Below are positions 52,365-61,942 of a DNA stretch of 64,000 nucleotides, one piece after another; within the stretch, counting starts at the first letter, position 1, and every line of letters starts with the position of its first letter. Source of the stretch: Chloroflexota bacterium. Its GTDB lineage: Bacteria > Chloroflexota > Dehalococcoidia > UBA2979. Where the stretch lies: positions 204,361 to 268,360 of the forward strand of contig CANJBO010000001.1 in the NCBI GenBank assembly GCA_947472995.1, given 5' to 3'. Made by a program: the position numbers and the translations under genes. A model generated the notes under the pieces. The model saw nothing but the letters and a program-made list of their open reading frames with translations. It was not told the origin of the DNA and searched no databases.

Positions 52365-52513
52365 CGACACCCCAGGACGGATCGTCGAGGCGCGACGAGC
52401 CTCGAGACCATCGGCTGCTGCTGATCGGCCTCGGCGTGATCGCGGCGTGGGTCAGCGCCTTCGTCCTCGGCCTGCGGTGGTTCATGCGCCTCGCGCGCGG
52501 TCGAGGGCGGTAG
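52361..52513 (+). CDS. Possible 50-aa single-TM micro-protein
   Basis: GTGA overlap with the VOC stop. Product is VTTPQDGSSRRDEPRDHRLLLIGLGVIAAWVSAFVLGLRWFMRLARGRGR. The only support is the coupling and the TM helix. Confidence 0.35.
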   Translation: MTTPQDGSSRRDEPRDHRLLLIGLGVIAAWVSAFVLGLRWFMRLARGRGR

Positions 52514-52528
52514 CGCCCGCCGCCGAGG

Positions 52529-54097
52529 CTACGGGCGAGCGCGCTGATCGATCGCGGACTGCTTCGACTCCAGCGGCTGCACCGCCGGCCCCCGCAGGAC
52601 GCCGCCGTCGATGTCGAAGCACGAGCCGTGGCACGGGCAGTCCCACGTCTCCATGCTCTCGTTCCACCCCAGCTCGCAGCCCATGTGCGAGCACAGCGCG
52701 GACACCGCGTGCAGCGCGCCCTCCCGGTCACGAGCCACGGCGACCCGCTCGCCGTCGAGGTCGATCACGTCCGCCTCGCCGGGCTGGAGTGCCTCGACGT
52801 CGCCCGCGCTGACCGGGACAAGGCGCGCGGCGGCGTAGCGCACCGTCGAGACGCCCGCGCTGATCATGCGCCCCGCCGACGCCAGCGGTGAGCTATCGGT
52901 CTCCTTCGACTCGCGGGTGGAGTCGAACACCGCCGCCCACTCGTTCGGCTGCCCGAGGATCGCGTCCGCGAGGATGTGCGCCGCGATGTGGCCGTTGGTG
53001 ATCCCCCACCCCCCGAACCCGGTCGCGACGTAGGTGTGGGCGGTGTCCTTGTTCATGCGCCCCACGTACGGCAACAGGTCGACCGGGTAGTAGTCCTCGT
53101 TCCACCAGCGGTAGTCGATCGACCGCACGTCGAAGTGCTCGCGCGCGAACCGGTCGAGGTCCGCGAAGCCCTCGGTCGTGTCGTGGTCGCCCGGCGCGAA
53201 TCGCGGGCCGACCAGCAGCATCCACGTCACGCCATCGCGCTCGACCCAGCGCAGCGAGCGCGTCGGGTCGTCGATGCTGATGAACATGCCATCCGGCCGG
53301 TCGCCCTCGACGCGCGCGGCGATCACGAGGTGCGCGCCGGGCTGCGCGTGCCGGTAGTAGCTGCCGTCGTCGAAGCAGGGCAGCGCCGTCGCGACGATCA
53401 CGTCGCGAGCGGTGACTGTGCCGTGCTCCGTCGTCAGCACCGACCGTTCGCCGCGCTCCTCGAGGTCCGTCACGCGGGCGTCCTCGAAGATGCGCGCGCC
53501 GTCCGCGCGCGCCGAGTTCGCGAGCGCGTGCACATACGGCACCGGGTCGAACTGCGCCTGCCCGTCGAAGACGACGGCGCCCGCCGTCGCGAACGGCAGC
53601 GGCACCTCCGTGACGTATCGCGCCGGCAGCCCCAGCCGCGCCGCGACTTCCGCCTCCTGCTCGAGGTCGTCGCGCCGTCCCTCGTCGATCGAGAACGTGT
53701 AGGCGGGGAACCGCTCCAGCGAGCAGTGCACGCCCATCGCCTCGATGCGCTCGAGGATGTCGCGCAGCGCCCACTCGTTCGCCTCGCCGTAGCGCCGCGC
53801 CGTGGTCGCACCGAACGTGTCGACGAGCGAGCGATAGATCAGCGCGTGCTGCGATGTGACCTTCGCGGTCGATCCGCCGGTCGCCTGCGCCCCGACGCGC
53901 AGCGCCTCGAGAACCGCGACGCGCCGACCGGCACGCTGCAGCAGCTGCGCCGCCGTGACGCCGACGATGCCCCCACCGATGATCGCCACGTCGACCTCGA
54001 GGTCGCCCGCGAGCCGTTCGTACGATGGAGGAGCGGTGCTCGCTACCCACAGGCTCGCGCGTGACGCCTCGTCCGGTCGATCGGTCGACATGGGCAC
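52529..54097 (-). CDS. FAD-dependent oxidoreductase fused to a C-terminal Rieske [2Fe-2S] domain
   Basis: VDVAIIGGGIVGVTAAQLL is the DAO-type dinucleotide fold. The Rieske motif is CSHMGCEL...CPCHGSCF. Confidence 0.9.
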   Translation of the reverse strand: MPMSTDRPDEASRASLWVASTAPPSYERLAGDLEVDVAIIGGGIVGVTAAQLLQRAGRRVAVLEALRVGAQATGGSTAKVTSQHALIYRSLVDTFGATTARRYGEANEWALRDILERIEAMGVHCSLERFPAYTFSIDEGRRDDLEQEAEVAARLGLPARYVTEVPLPFATAGAVVFDGQAQFDPVPYVHALANSARADGARIFEDARVTDLEERGERSVLTTEHGTVTARDVIVATALPCFDDGSYYRHAQPGAHLVIAARVEGDRPDGMFISIDDPTRSLRWVERDGVTWMLLVGPRFAPGDHDTTEGFADLDRFAREHFDVRSIDYRWWNEDYYPVDLLPYVGRMNKDTAHTYVATGFGGWGITNGHIAAHILADAILGQPNEWAAVFDSTRESKETDSSPLASAGRMISAGVSTVRYAAARLVPVSAGDVEALQPGEADVIDLDGERVAVARDREGALHAVSALCSHMGCELGWNESMETWDCPCHGSCFDIDGGVLRGPAVQPLESKQSAIDQRARP

Positions 54098-54218
54098 CCT
54101 TCGTCCGCGTCGCCATGCGCGACGACGGCCCTATCGTGGTCCCGCGGGAATGGCGGCGCGCAACAGCGGCGGCGCCTGCGCGTGCCGAATTCATCACGTT
54201 GCGTGGTGCAGGGAGTCG

Positions 54219-54797
54219 CTAGCGGGCGTCCGCCTCGAGGAACGCGACACCGCGCGGCGAGAGCCGGTAGCCGACCTCGAGGCTCTCGGTGAGGCCGAGC
54301 GCCTTCAGCCGCCGCACATCGGTCTTGAAGCGCAGCGTCTCCCGTCCGAGGCGCGCGGCGAGGTCGGGGGCGCGCACGCCCTCGTTCTCGGCGATCAGCC
54401 GCAGCGCGTCCCGCGTCCAGGCGCGACTGCGATCCATCGCATCCAACCGCTCGCGGATCGCCTCGACCGCCGCGGCGTCGAGGTCGGCGTCGTTCGCGAG
54501 CTCGGCGCGCGGGTCGGGGAGGTCGCCCACGTAGCGGAACACGATGCGGTAGAGCTGGCCCTCGGGATCGCCGGTGTCTGCCAGCACCTCCGCCGCCGAG
54601 GCGTATCCCGCCGCGGTCGCGTCCTCCGCCGTCACGTCGCCCTCGACGATCGGGTCGAGCGCGGTCACCTCGAACACGCCGCCGGAGTGAAGGCGGTAGC
54701 GGCCGCCGACCTTCGCCTGCGGCGCGCGCCAGCGACGGACGCTCGTCGTCACTTCGCCGGCACGGATGCGATCATGGAAGCGTGAGCGGAACAGCAT
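54219..54797 (-). CDS. ASCH domain protein with C-terminal winged-helix-like region
   Basis: N-terminus is MLFRSRFHDRIRAGEVTTSVRRWRAPQAKVGGRYRL (ASCH beta-barrel pattern). The C-terminus is LRFKTDVRRLKALGLTESLEVGYRLSPRG. Confidence 0.65.
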   Translation of the reverse strand: MLFRSRFHDRIRAGEVTTSVRRWRAPQAKVGGRYRLHSGGVFEVTALDPIVEGDVTAEDATAAGYASAAEVLADTGDPEGQLYRIVFRYVGDLPDPRAELANDADLDAAAVEAIRERLDAMDRSRAWTRDALRLIAENEGVRAPDLAARLGRETLRFKTDVRRLKALGLTESLEVGYRLSPRGVAFLEADAR

Positions 54798-54864
54798 CTC
54801 GCGAGTCTAGCCGAGTCGTGCCCTAGACTGCCCTCGACACTCGCGCGAGTGAGCCGCGGGGCGT

Positions 54865-54950
54865 GCCGGGGTGGCGAAATGGCAGACGCAGCGGGCTTAA
54901 ACCCCGCGGGTGGCAACACCGTGAGGGTTCGACCCCCTCTCCCGGCACCA
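54865..54950 (+). tRNA. tRNA-Leu (anticodon UAA)
   Basis: GCCGGGGUGGCGAAAUGGCAGACGCA-GCGGG-CUUAAAC-CCCGC, a long variable arm, GAGGGUUCGACCCCCUC and UCCCGGCACCA. A TAGACT box lies at 54823-54828 upstream. Confidence 0.92.
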
Positions 54951-54976
54951 GCGACGCGCGTGAGACGCTCGTTGCC

Positions 54977-55963
54977 TTACCTGGTCAGCGTGACCGTGGT
55001 GCTGGCAGCGAGACCGGCACGCAGGGCATCACGCACTGGTTGGTTCACCCATGCCGGGGCGTCCACGATCAGCAGCCGAGGCGTGCCCGCGGTGTCCAGT
55101 GCCCAAACGCCAGTGGCGCCGGCGATCTTCGCTGCGGCTTCGAGGTCGGCGGCGCTGCCGCCTTGAAAGACGGCGTTGGTGGTGGACGCGAAGCCGAACG
55201 CTGGAGGCGCGACGAACCCCGGCCGAGGCGCGAGTGCTACAAACATGCCCGCGAGCGGCGCCGAACACGTCGGCGACGGCTCCACGCGATAACCGCCGCC
55301 GATCGCGGTCGGCGACGTGATCGCGGCGATGCGCCCGGCCGCGCTGGACAGATCGATCTGGGGACCGGTGAGTGCCCCTGTCGAGGTCTGCGACATGCGG
55401 TACTCGCATGCGCCGATCGTCACCGCGATGCGCACGGTCACGGTGCCGTCGGCCGCGGTCGTTGTCTCCGCCGTGCCCAGACGCGTGCCGGTGACGTTGT
55501 ACGCGATGCCCTCGAGCTTCACCCCCGCGCGGTACGGCCACTCCATGGCGGCGGGGGGCGGCGCGACGCGCGTGGCGATCCACGTGGCGCTACGCGGCGT
55601 CATGCCACCGATGTCTGAGAACGCACCGGCCACCGCGCCGCGATCGGGCAACGAGAAGAAGCCGCTGATGGAGGCCTTCGCGCCACCACCCGCCGCGGCC
55701 TCGTTGACAATGAACTGGCTCGTCGTCGCCCCGAGCAGCTTCGTCTCGGCCTCGAACGCGGCGGTGCAGGCGCCGGCGCGATCCGGGTGCCGCACGGTGA
55801 CCACGGCGATTCCGTCCGGACGCGCCACCACGCGGACCGAGCCACCGTCGCTCGTCGTGCCCTCGTACGCATCGCCGGGCTCCGCCGCGGACGCCGGGCG
55901 CGGAACGAGGAACACGGACGCGAACACACAGACAAGGACTGCGAAGCGGATCAGCCGAGGCAC
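54977..55963 (-). CDS. Secreted protein of unknown function
   Basis: Start tentatively placed at GTG 55963. Sec signal is PRLIRFAVLVCVFASVFLVPRPASA|AEP. The product is Ala/Gly/Thr-rich and beta-type with 4 Cys. The 591-aa ORF upstream part overlaps nhaA out of frame. Confidence 0.6.
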   Translation of the reverse strand: MPRLIRFAVLVCVFASVFLVPRPASAAEPGDAYEGTTSDGGSVRVVARPDGIAVVTVRHPDRAGACTAAFEAETKLLGATTSQFIVNEAAAGGGAKASISGFFSLPDRGAVAGAFSDIGGMTPRSATWIATRVAPPPAAMEWPYRAGVKLEGIAYNVTGTRLGTAETTTAADGTVTVRIAVTIGACEYRMSQTSTGALTGPQIDLSSAAGRIAAITSPTAIGGGYRVEPSPTCSAPLAGMFVALAPRPGFVAPPAFGFASTTNAVFQGGSAADLEAAAKIAGATGVWALDTAGTPRLLIVDAPAWVNQPVRDALRAGLAASTTVTLTR

Positions 55964-56085
55964 GGTAACGATGATTTTGAGCCTCCACTGGTCGCTGGCG
56001 GGCAGTCTACCGCGTCGACGCCCGCAGGTACGACGTTCAACCTCTCTGGCACCAACGAACGACCCCAGGCGTGGCCTGGTCTTCG

Positions 56086-57387
56086 TCACCGCTGGTAGAC
56101 GTCCGGGATGCCATCCTCGTTGGCGTCGATCGCCTCCAGCGCGCCGATCCGGCGGTATGCGCGGTTCCTCGCGCCGAGGATCACCGACGCGATCACCGCC
56201 GCGAGGATCGAGCCGGCCAGCACGCCGATCTTCACGTGGTCGTCGCGCATGGTGCTCGCTCCAAACGCGAGATCGCCGATCAGCAGCGACACGGTGAACC
56301 CGATGCCGGCGAGCACCGAGATGCCGAAGACGTCCAGCCAGCCCAGGCCCTCGTCGAGCTCGGCGTGCGTGAAGCGCGCGAGGAGGTACGTCGTCCCGAA
56401 GATGCCCACCGTCTTGCCGACGACGAGCCCCAGGACGATGCCGCGCACGATCGGGTCTGCGATCGCGGAGGACACGCCCGCGAGACCGCCGACCGTCACC
56501 CCCGCGGCGAGGAACGCGAACACCGGCACGGCGAACCCCGCCGACAGCGGGCGGAAGCGATGCTCGAACTGCTCCGCGAGCCCGGCCTCCCCGGGCGCGC
56601 CTCGACGGCTCACCGGCACGGCGAAGCCGAGCAGCACACCCGCGATCGTGGCGTGCACGCCGGACGCGTGGACGAGCCCCCACGTGGCGACCGCCAGCGG
56701 CAGCAGCAGCCACCACCGGCGGATCTGACGCTGCACCGCCACCGTGAAGCACGCCAGCGGGATCGTCGCGAGCACGAGCGCGCGCGCGTCGAGGTCGGAC
56801 GTGTACACGACGCCGATCACGATCACCGCGAGCAGATCATCGACGACGGCGAGCGTCAGCAGGAACGTCCGCAGCGCGATCGGCAGGTGCGTGCCGATGA
56901 TCGCGAGCGCCGCCAGCGCGAACGCGATGTCGGTGGCCGTCGGGATCGCCCAGCCGCGCAGCGCGCCGTCGCCGGTCTCGAGGTTCATCGCGACGAAGAT
57001 CAGCGCGGGCACGACCATGCCGCCGAGCGCGGCGAACACCGGCAGCGCGGCACGGCGCGGCGACCGCAGGTCACCCGCGACGAACTCGCGCTTCAGCTCG
57101 AGGCCCACGACGAAGAAGAAGATCGCGAGCAGGCCGTCGGCGGCCCATGCGCCCAGCGTGAGGTCGAGGTGGAGCGCCGCCGGCCCCACGCGCACCTCGC
57201 GCAGCGCGTGGTACGAGTCCGCGAACGGGGAGTTCGCCCACACCAGCGCCAGGCAGGCGGCCGCGAGCACCAGCGCACCGCTGAACGTCTCTTTGCGGAG
57301 GATCGCGGCGATGCGCGAGGCCTCAGCCCACGACCCGCGGCCGAGGACGATGCGATCAGGCTCGAAGGCAGGCTCGGTGGGGTGCAT
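56086..57387 (-). CDS. nhaA: Na+/H+ antiporter NhaA
   Basis: Contains [47 protein letters not shown] and [11 protein letters not shown]. Confidence 0.95.
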   Translation of the reverse strand: MHPTEPAFEPDRIVLGRGSWAEASRIAAILRKETFSGALVLAAACLALVWANSPFADSYHALREVRVGPAALHLDLTLGAWAADGLLAIFFFVVGLELKREFVAGDLRSPRRAALPVFAALGGMVVPALIFVAMNLETGDGALRGWAIPTATDIAFALAALAIIGTHLPIALRTFLLTLAVVDDLLAVIVIGVVYTSDLDARALVLATIPLACFTVAVQRQIRRWWLLLPLAVATWGLVHASGVHATIAGVLLGFAVPVSRRGAPGEAGLAEQFEHRFRPLSAGFAVPVFAFLAAGVTVGGLAGVSSAIADPIVRGIVLGLVVGKTVGIFGTTYLLARFTHAELDEGLGWLDVFGISVLAGIGFTVSLLIGDLAFGASTMRDDHVKIGVLAGSILAAVIASVILGARNRAYRRIGALEAIDANEDGIPDVYQR

Positions 57388-57491
57388 GCGCGCTCCGAAT
57401 CGGCGAACGACGAATCGACTGCCGACCAGACTTCCCGGCGCACCGTTCGTGAGCGTACCGGCTCCACCGATCCGCGGCGAGCGGTCGTAGC

Positions 57492-58412
57492 ATGACAGTG
57501 CCGATGAAGCTGCCGTTCCTGCTGTCCCTTCCGGAGCGCGTCATCCGCGCCGCGTTCGCCATCGCCGGCGGCGGGGTCTACGAGAGCGCGCACCTGCTGC
57601 TGCCACGGTTCGTGCGCGAGTCGATGCTGTACGAGGCGACCGCGAAGAACGCGCTGCGGATCGCCGTCGAGTTCCTCGGCGGCGTCGACCCCGCCGCGCT
57701 GTCCGGCGCCGTGCCGGGGCCGGACGCCGGGCGCATCGCGGTGCAGAAGACCGTCGGCAACGTGGCGGAGCTCGGCGCAATCCTCGCGTGGGGGTTCTCG
57801 CCGCTGTGGCTGCTGGCCGGCGCGTCGGACGTGCTGAACGGCTCGCGCATGTACCTGCGGACGCTCGAGGACGAGCTGGTGGCTGCCGGCATCCTCCACG
57901 CGGGCGTCCGCTTCCAGTCGATCGACCAGCTGCTCGGCGCGCTCGCCGGGTCCGCGGGCCGCGCGGGGCGGCTGATCGACGTGCCGCCGCTGGAACTCGA
58001 GGAGCTCCGGCGCGCGATCGCCGACCTGCGCGCGGACGCCTCCTCGCTCCCCACGCTCGCAGAGCTGGCCGCGCTGTTCGAGGGCCTCGTGACCACGGCC
58101 CGCGCAGAGCAGCGCCCGCTCCTCGAGGTGTCGGGCGGCATCGGCCTCGCGTTCCTGAACTCGGCGCGCCGGGTGGGCGAGGCCGGCGTGCTGCGCCCCT
58201 ACCGCGAGGACTGGCAGCCCGTGCACGACGAGGGCTTCGGCGCGTACGCGGTGCGCATCGCCCGTCCCTACGGCCGCGCCGCGGCCGGCCACTTCGCCAC
58301 CGACCGCCGCACGCTGACGGAACGCCTCCCGGCGGCGATCAGGCGCCTGACGTCGTGGTTTCGGCCTCGACGCCCGGAGCCACCCCTCAACGGGCCGCCC
58401 ACCGACACGTAA
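57492..58412 (+). CDS. Conserved-looking hypothetical protein (306 aa)
   Basis: Clean ORF with high GC3 and a helical composition. I recognise no motif. Confidence 0.65.
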   Translation: MTVPMKLPFLLSLPERVIRAAFAIAGGGVYESAHLLLPRFVRESMLYEATAKNALRIAVEFLGGVDPAALSGAVPGPDAGRIAVQKTVGNVAELGAILAWGFSPLWLLAGASDVLNGSRMYLRTLEDELVAAGILHAGVRFQSIDQLLGALAGSAGRAGRLIDVPPLELEELRRAIADLRADASSLPTLAELAALFEGLVTTARAEQRPLLEVSGGIGLAFLNSARRVGEAGVLRPYREDWQPVHDEGFGAYAVRIARPYGRAAAGHFATDRRTLTERLPAAIRRLTSWFRPRRPEPPLNGPPTDT

Positions 58413-58570
58413 TCGGCGCACGAACATGCGACCAACCTGGGATCCGCGTCTGCTGGATTACAACTTCATTGAAACCGGCTGGCGCGACGCTCTGCGGCCT
58501 GCGCGTCCTGCTAGCATCGCGCCATGTCGAGCCCCATCGGTCTCTCGGCCAGCCGCGGTGGAGGCGCCTC

Positions 58571-58939
58571 GTGAGCGTCCTCGATCGACGCTGCTCGCGG
58601 TGCGACACGATCGCGCTGCTCGTGCCGCTCAGCGACGAGGGCACGTACTGCCGCCGCTGCCTCCCGCGCGTGAAGGCGATCGAGGCCGCGATGCCGATGC
58701 GCTGCGGCAACGAGTCGACGCATCGCCGCAGCCACACCGTGGCGACCGTGCTGCAGGACGGCTCGTGGGTGTGTGTCTCCTGCGTCCCGTGGACGACCAG
58801 CGTGCACTTCCCGCGCTTCCAGCGCCGTCAGCCCGCCGTCGAGGCACCGCGCGTGCGCGCCACGCCCGAAATCGCACCGACGCGGTCCAGCTCCTCGTGG
58901 TACTCGGGATCGCGCACGTCCGGCCGTCGAGGACGCTAG
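58571..58939 (+). CDS. Cys-rich small protein (putative zinc ribbons), 122 aa
   Basis: GGAGG lies 6 nt upstream of GTG 58571. Contains CSRC-x17-CRRC, then C-x23-CVSC. High GC3. Confidence 0.5.
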   Translation: MSVLDRRCSRCDTIALLVPLSDEGTYCRRCLPRVKAIEAAMPMRCGNESTHRRSHTVATVLQDGSWVCVSCVPWTTSVHFPRFQRRQPAVEAPRVRATPEIAPTRSSSSWYSGSRTSGRRGR

Positions 58940-59406
58940 CGCCCCTCGGCGTCGTCGCCTGCTGACGGCCCGCCCTCGTCGAACGACCAGCGCGCGTTGT
59001 GCGTGAGGAACGCGCCTTCGAGCCACGCCCATCCGGTGTCCGGCGCGACGCGGTAGAGCGTCGGCGCCTCGCCGAGCGCGGGGTACACGTCGAACGGCTC
59101 GCCCGTCTCGCCGTCGGCGTACTTGCGCGCGAACGCCTCGGCGGCGCGCGCGATGCGCAACGTGTCGGTGACGATCTCCACCGGCCCCTGCACCATGATC
59201 ACGTCGTCCGCGCTGTCGAGGTGGACGACGGCATACGGCTGCGCGGCGAGGTTGCGCACCTTCTGCCCCATCGTCCCGAACCAGAGGCCGTCGTCCAGCC
59301 AGACGCCCCACACCGGCGCGCTGTGCGGCAGCCCGTCCGGCCTCGTCGTCACGATCCAGTAGTTCATCGCGGCGCGGAGCCGCGCGAGCGCGCGGCCGCG
59401 CAGCAT
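58936..59406 (-). CDS. Pyridoxamine 5'-phosphate oxidase-family (split beta-barrel flavin/F420-binding) protein
   Basis: Contains NYWIVTTRPDGLPHSAPVWGVWLDDGLWFGT and VVHLDSADDVIMVQG. Confidence 0.78.
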   Translation of the reverse strand: MLRGRALARLRAAMNYWIVTTRPDGLPHSAPVWGVWLDDGLWFGTMGQKVRNLAAQPYAVVHLDSADDVIMVQGPVEIVTDTLRIARAAEAFARKYADGETGEPFDVYPALGEAPTLYRVAPDTGWAWLEGAFLTHNARWSFDEGGPSAGDDAEGR

Positions 59407-59551
59407 CGCGCTGTGGTCCGTCGTGGGTTCCTGGGTCAGTGCGAGCCTCCTCGTGCGGATCGTGGGTGCCCCACGCCGTCACGAGCGCGGACGACGGAGG
59501 GTACCAGAACGACGATCGAGGTCCACCCCCGCGTCCCGCGTTCCGCCTCCG

Positions 59552-60946
59552 CTAGCGTCGCGCCGCGTCGTCGCCTGGCGCGGGTGGCTGGCGGCGAGCC
59601 GCCCACGCCGCCTCGATGCGAGCTTCGTGGCCCAGTGCGCCCGGCACGTAGTACGTGTGCCCCTCGACCGAGGCTGGACGATGCGTCTGGCCGGGGGCGA
59701 GGTGTCCCGGCTCGTCGTGCGCGTACCGGTAGCCCTGCCCGAAGCCCATGCCGCGCATCAGCCCGGTGACGGCGTTGCGCAGGTGCATCGGCACCGGCTC
59801 GTTGCGCGTCGCCTGTACGTCCTCGAGCGCGCGGTTGTATGCGGCGTACGCGCTGTTCGACTTCGGCGCGCGCGCGAGGTAGACCGTCGTCTCCGCGAGC
59901 GCGAGCCGTCCCTCCGGCATGCCGAGGAAGTGCACCGCCTGCTGGCACGCGACGGCGAGCGGGAGCGCCTGCGGGTCGGCGAGCCCGACGTCCTCCGCGG
60001 CCGTGATCACGAGGCGGCGCGCGATGAACATCGGGTCCTCGCCCGCCTCGACCATGCGCGCGAGCCAGTAGAGCGCGCCGTCCGGGTCGGAGTCACGCAG
60101 CGTCTTGATGAACGCCGAGATCGTGTCGTAGTGCGCGTCGCCCTCGCGGTCGTACAGCAGCGTGGGCGCCTGCGCCGCCTGCTCGACGGTGTCGCGCGTC
60201 AGGGCGCGGCTCCCGTCCTCCGCGGGCGTCGTCGCATCGACGGCCAGCTCGAGGATGTTGAGCGCGGTGCGCGCATCCCCGCCCGCCAGCAGCGCGAGCG
60301 TGCGCGTCGTCTCCTCGTCGATCGTCACGGGCGTGCCGCCGAGGCCACGTTCCGGATCGGCCAGCGCGCGCGCGACGATCGCGGCGATCGCCGCCTCGTC
60401 GAGGAGGTCGAGCCGGAACACCCGCGAACGCGAGAGCAGCGGCGCCACGAGGTAGAACGACGGGTTCTCGGTGGTCGCGCCGATCAGCGTGACGGTGCCG
60501 GCCTCGACGTGCGGGAGCAAGGCGTCCTGCTGGCTGCGGTTGAAGCGATGCAGCTCGTCGATGAACAGGATCGTGCGGCGACCGCTGAGCTTCACGCGCT
60601 CGGCGGCCTCGGCGATCACACGGCGCACATCGGCGACGCCGCTGTTGACCGCCGACAGCTCCGCGAAGAACCGCTCGGTCTGCGCCGCGATGATCGAGGC
60701 GAGCGTCGTCTTACCGGACCCCGGCGGCCCCCACAGGATGATCGAGGGCAGCCGGTCCGCCTCGATCATCTGGCGCAGCGGGCGGCCCGCGCCGACGACC
60801 TGTTCCTGTCCCACGTACTCGTCCAGCGTGCGCGGGCGCATCCGCGCCGCCAGCGGCGCGTCGTGCGGCGGTGCGGGCACGGCGGGGTCGACGAACAGAT
60901 CGGACTGCACGCCGGGCGGCACGGGACGGGAGCGGCGCTCGGGCAT
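59552..60946 (-). CDS. rarA: Replication-associated recombination protein A (AAA+ ATPase)
   Basis: Contains MRPRTLDEYVGQEQVVG, LWGPPGSGKTTLA, LFIDELHRFN and the MgsA C-domain (YDTISAFIKTLRDSDPDGALYWLARM). Confidence 0.96.
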   Translation of the reverse strand: MPERRSRPVPPGVQSDLFVDPAVPAPPHDAPLAARMRPRTLDEYVGQEQVVGAGRPLRQMIEADRLPSIILWGPPGSGKTTLASIIAAQTERFFAELSAVNSGVADVRRVIAEAAERVKLSGRRTILFIDELHRFNRSQQDALLPHVEAGTVTLIGATTENPSFYLVAPLLSRSRVFRLDLLDEAAIAAIVARALADPERGLGGTPVTIDEETTRTLALLAGGDARTALNILELAVDATTPAEDGSRALTRDTVEQAAQAPTLLYDREGDAHYDTISAFIKTLRDSDPDGALYWLARMVEAGEDPMFIARRLVITAAEDVGLADPQALPLAVACQQAVHFLGMPEGRLALAETTVYLARAPKSNSAYAAYNRALEDVQATRNEPVPMHLRNAVTGLMRGMGFGQGYRYAHDEPGHLAPGQTHRPASVEGHTYYVPGALGHEARIEAAWAARRQPPAPGDDAARR

Positions 60947-61002
60947 GCGTCGAGTCTACGCGGTCGGCACAGGCCCGACGGGCAGCGGTCGTCGTTGCAC
61001 CG

Positions 61003-61901
61003 CTACAGCGCGCCGATGCCGTGCTGCACGCGCCATCGCTCGAAGCGCTCCTCGAACGCACCGCGCGTCTCGCCGAAGGCCGCCTCGAACGCCGCGAGCG
61101 GCGCGTCGTCGCGCAGGCGTCGGTAGTACTCACCGAACGGTGGCACGCCACGGTCGCCGGCGAGCTGGCTGGCGGCGAGCGCGCCGAGCGCGTACTCCGT
61201 GGCATTCGGCGATCGGCGCGCCACGGCCAGCGGCGGCTGCGGCGAGGCGACGACCTCCCGGACGGCGCGCGTCTCGAAGTCTGCCTTCGTGCGCATGCCG
61301 GCGTCGATCACCGCCATCTGCGAGGCGTACTCCGCCGCGCCCTCGATCAGCCACAGGATCGGCGAGGACGACCCGCCCGCGAGCGCCGACTGGTACAGGT
61401 GGAACACCTCGTGGCAGACGACCGCGATCTTGTCGACGCGGCCCAGGCGCGGCCAGAAGCGGTTCCCGATCAGCAGCGTGATGTCGCGTCCGTTCGCCTC
61501 GCCGAGCGGCCCACTCGTGCGCGACATGTCGAGGTGGATGCGCGGGCGGTTGGTGAGGTACGAGCCGGTCTTCTGGCGGAAGTACTCCACGGCGAACGTC
61601 GCGCTCTCCCGCACGAGCCGCTCCTCCGCTTCGGGCACGCCGTCCGCGACGTTGAAGACGAACGCCGTCGGGACGCTGGATGACACGCCCAGCGGCAGCG
61701 GTGGCCACGGCTCGTCGTCCTCGACGACTGCGGTCGCGCGCTCGGCTGCCGGCGGCGTGTCGCGACGACGATGCCGGCCGACGCACCAACCGTCGCCAGC
61801 GCCGCCGTGCCCCCGAGGATCAGCGCCCGGCGACGCGTGAGGAGTCGCGGCGCGGGCGTCGCGAGGATCTCGTCGGCCACAGGTGCGGGATCCTCGACCA
61901 T
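61003..61901 (-). pseudogene. Tat-exported MA-clan (HExxH...E) metallopeptidase, reading frame broken after the signal peptide
   Basis: Frame A (from ATG 61901) gives MVEDPAPVADEILATPAPRLLTRRRALILGGTAALATVGASAGIVVA and then junk. Frame B is open across the same stretch: it translates as junk through the signal region, then from about 61750 reads ...AAERATAVVEDDEPW... on through VVCHEVFHLYQ and WLIEGAAEYA to the stop at 61003. A 1-nt gap near 61745-61765 would join the two frames. Confidence 0.55.
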
Positions 61902-61942
61902 GCGGGGAGTCTACGCCGTGCGCGAGGACGCCCGCGTGCGCG

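Noticed and set aside
55590-55988. 132-aa ORF starting at a GTG overlapping a GGAGG
   Set aside because: It is an alternative frame of the secreted-protein gene. Its product is Arg-rich junk, whereas the chosen frame gives a clean Sec signal and balanced composition.
57481-57494. TAGCAT overlapping ATG 57492 as another leaderless promoter
   Set aside because: The -10-like hexamer overlaps the start codon itself, so the geometry does not fit. The true start or TSS is unclear.
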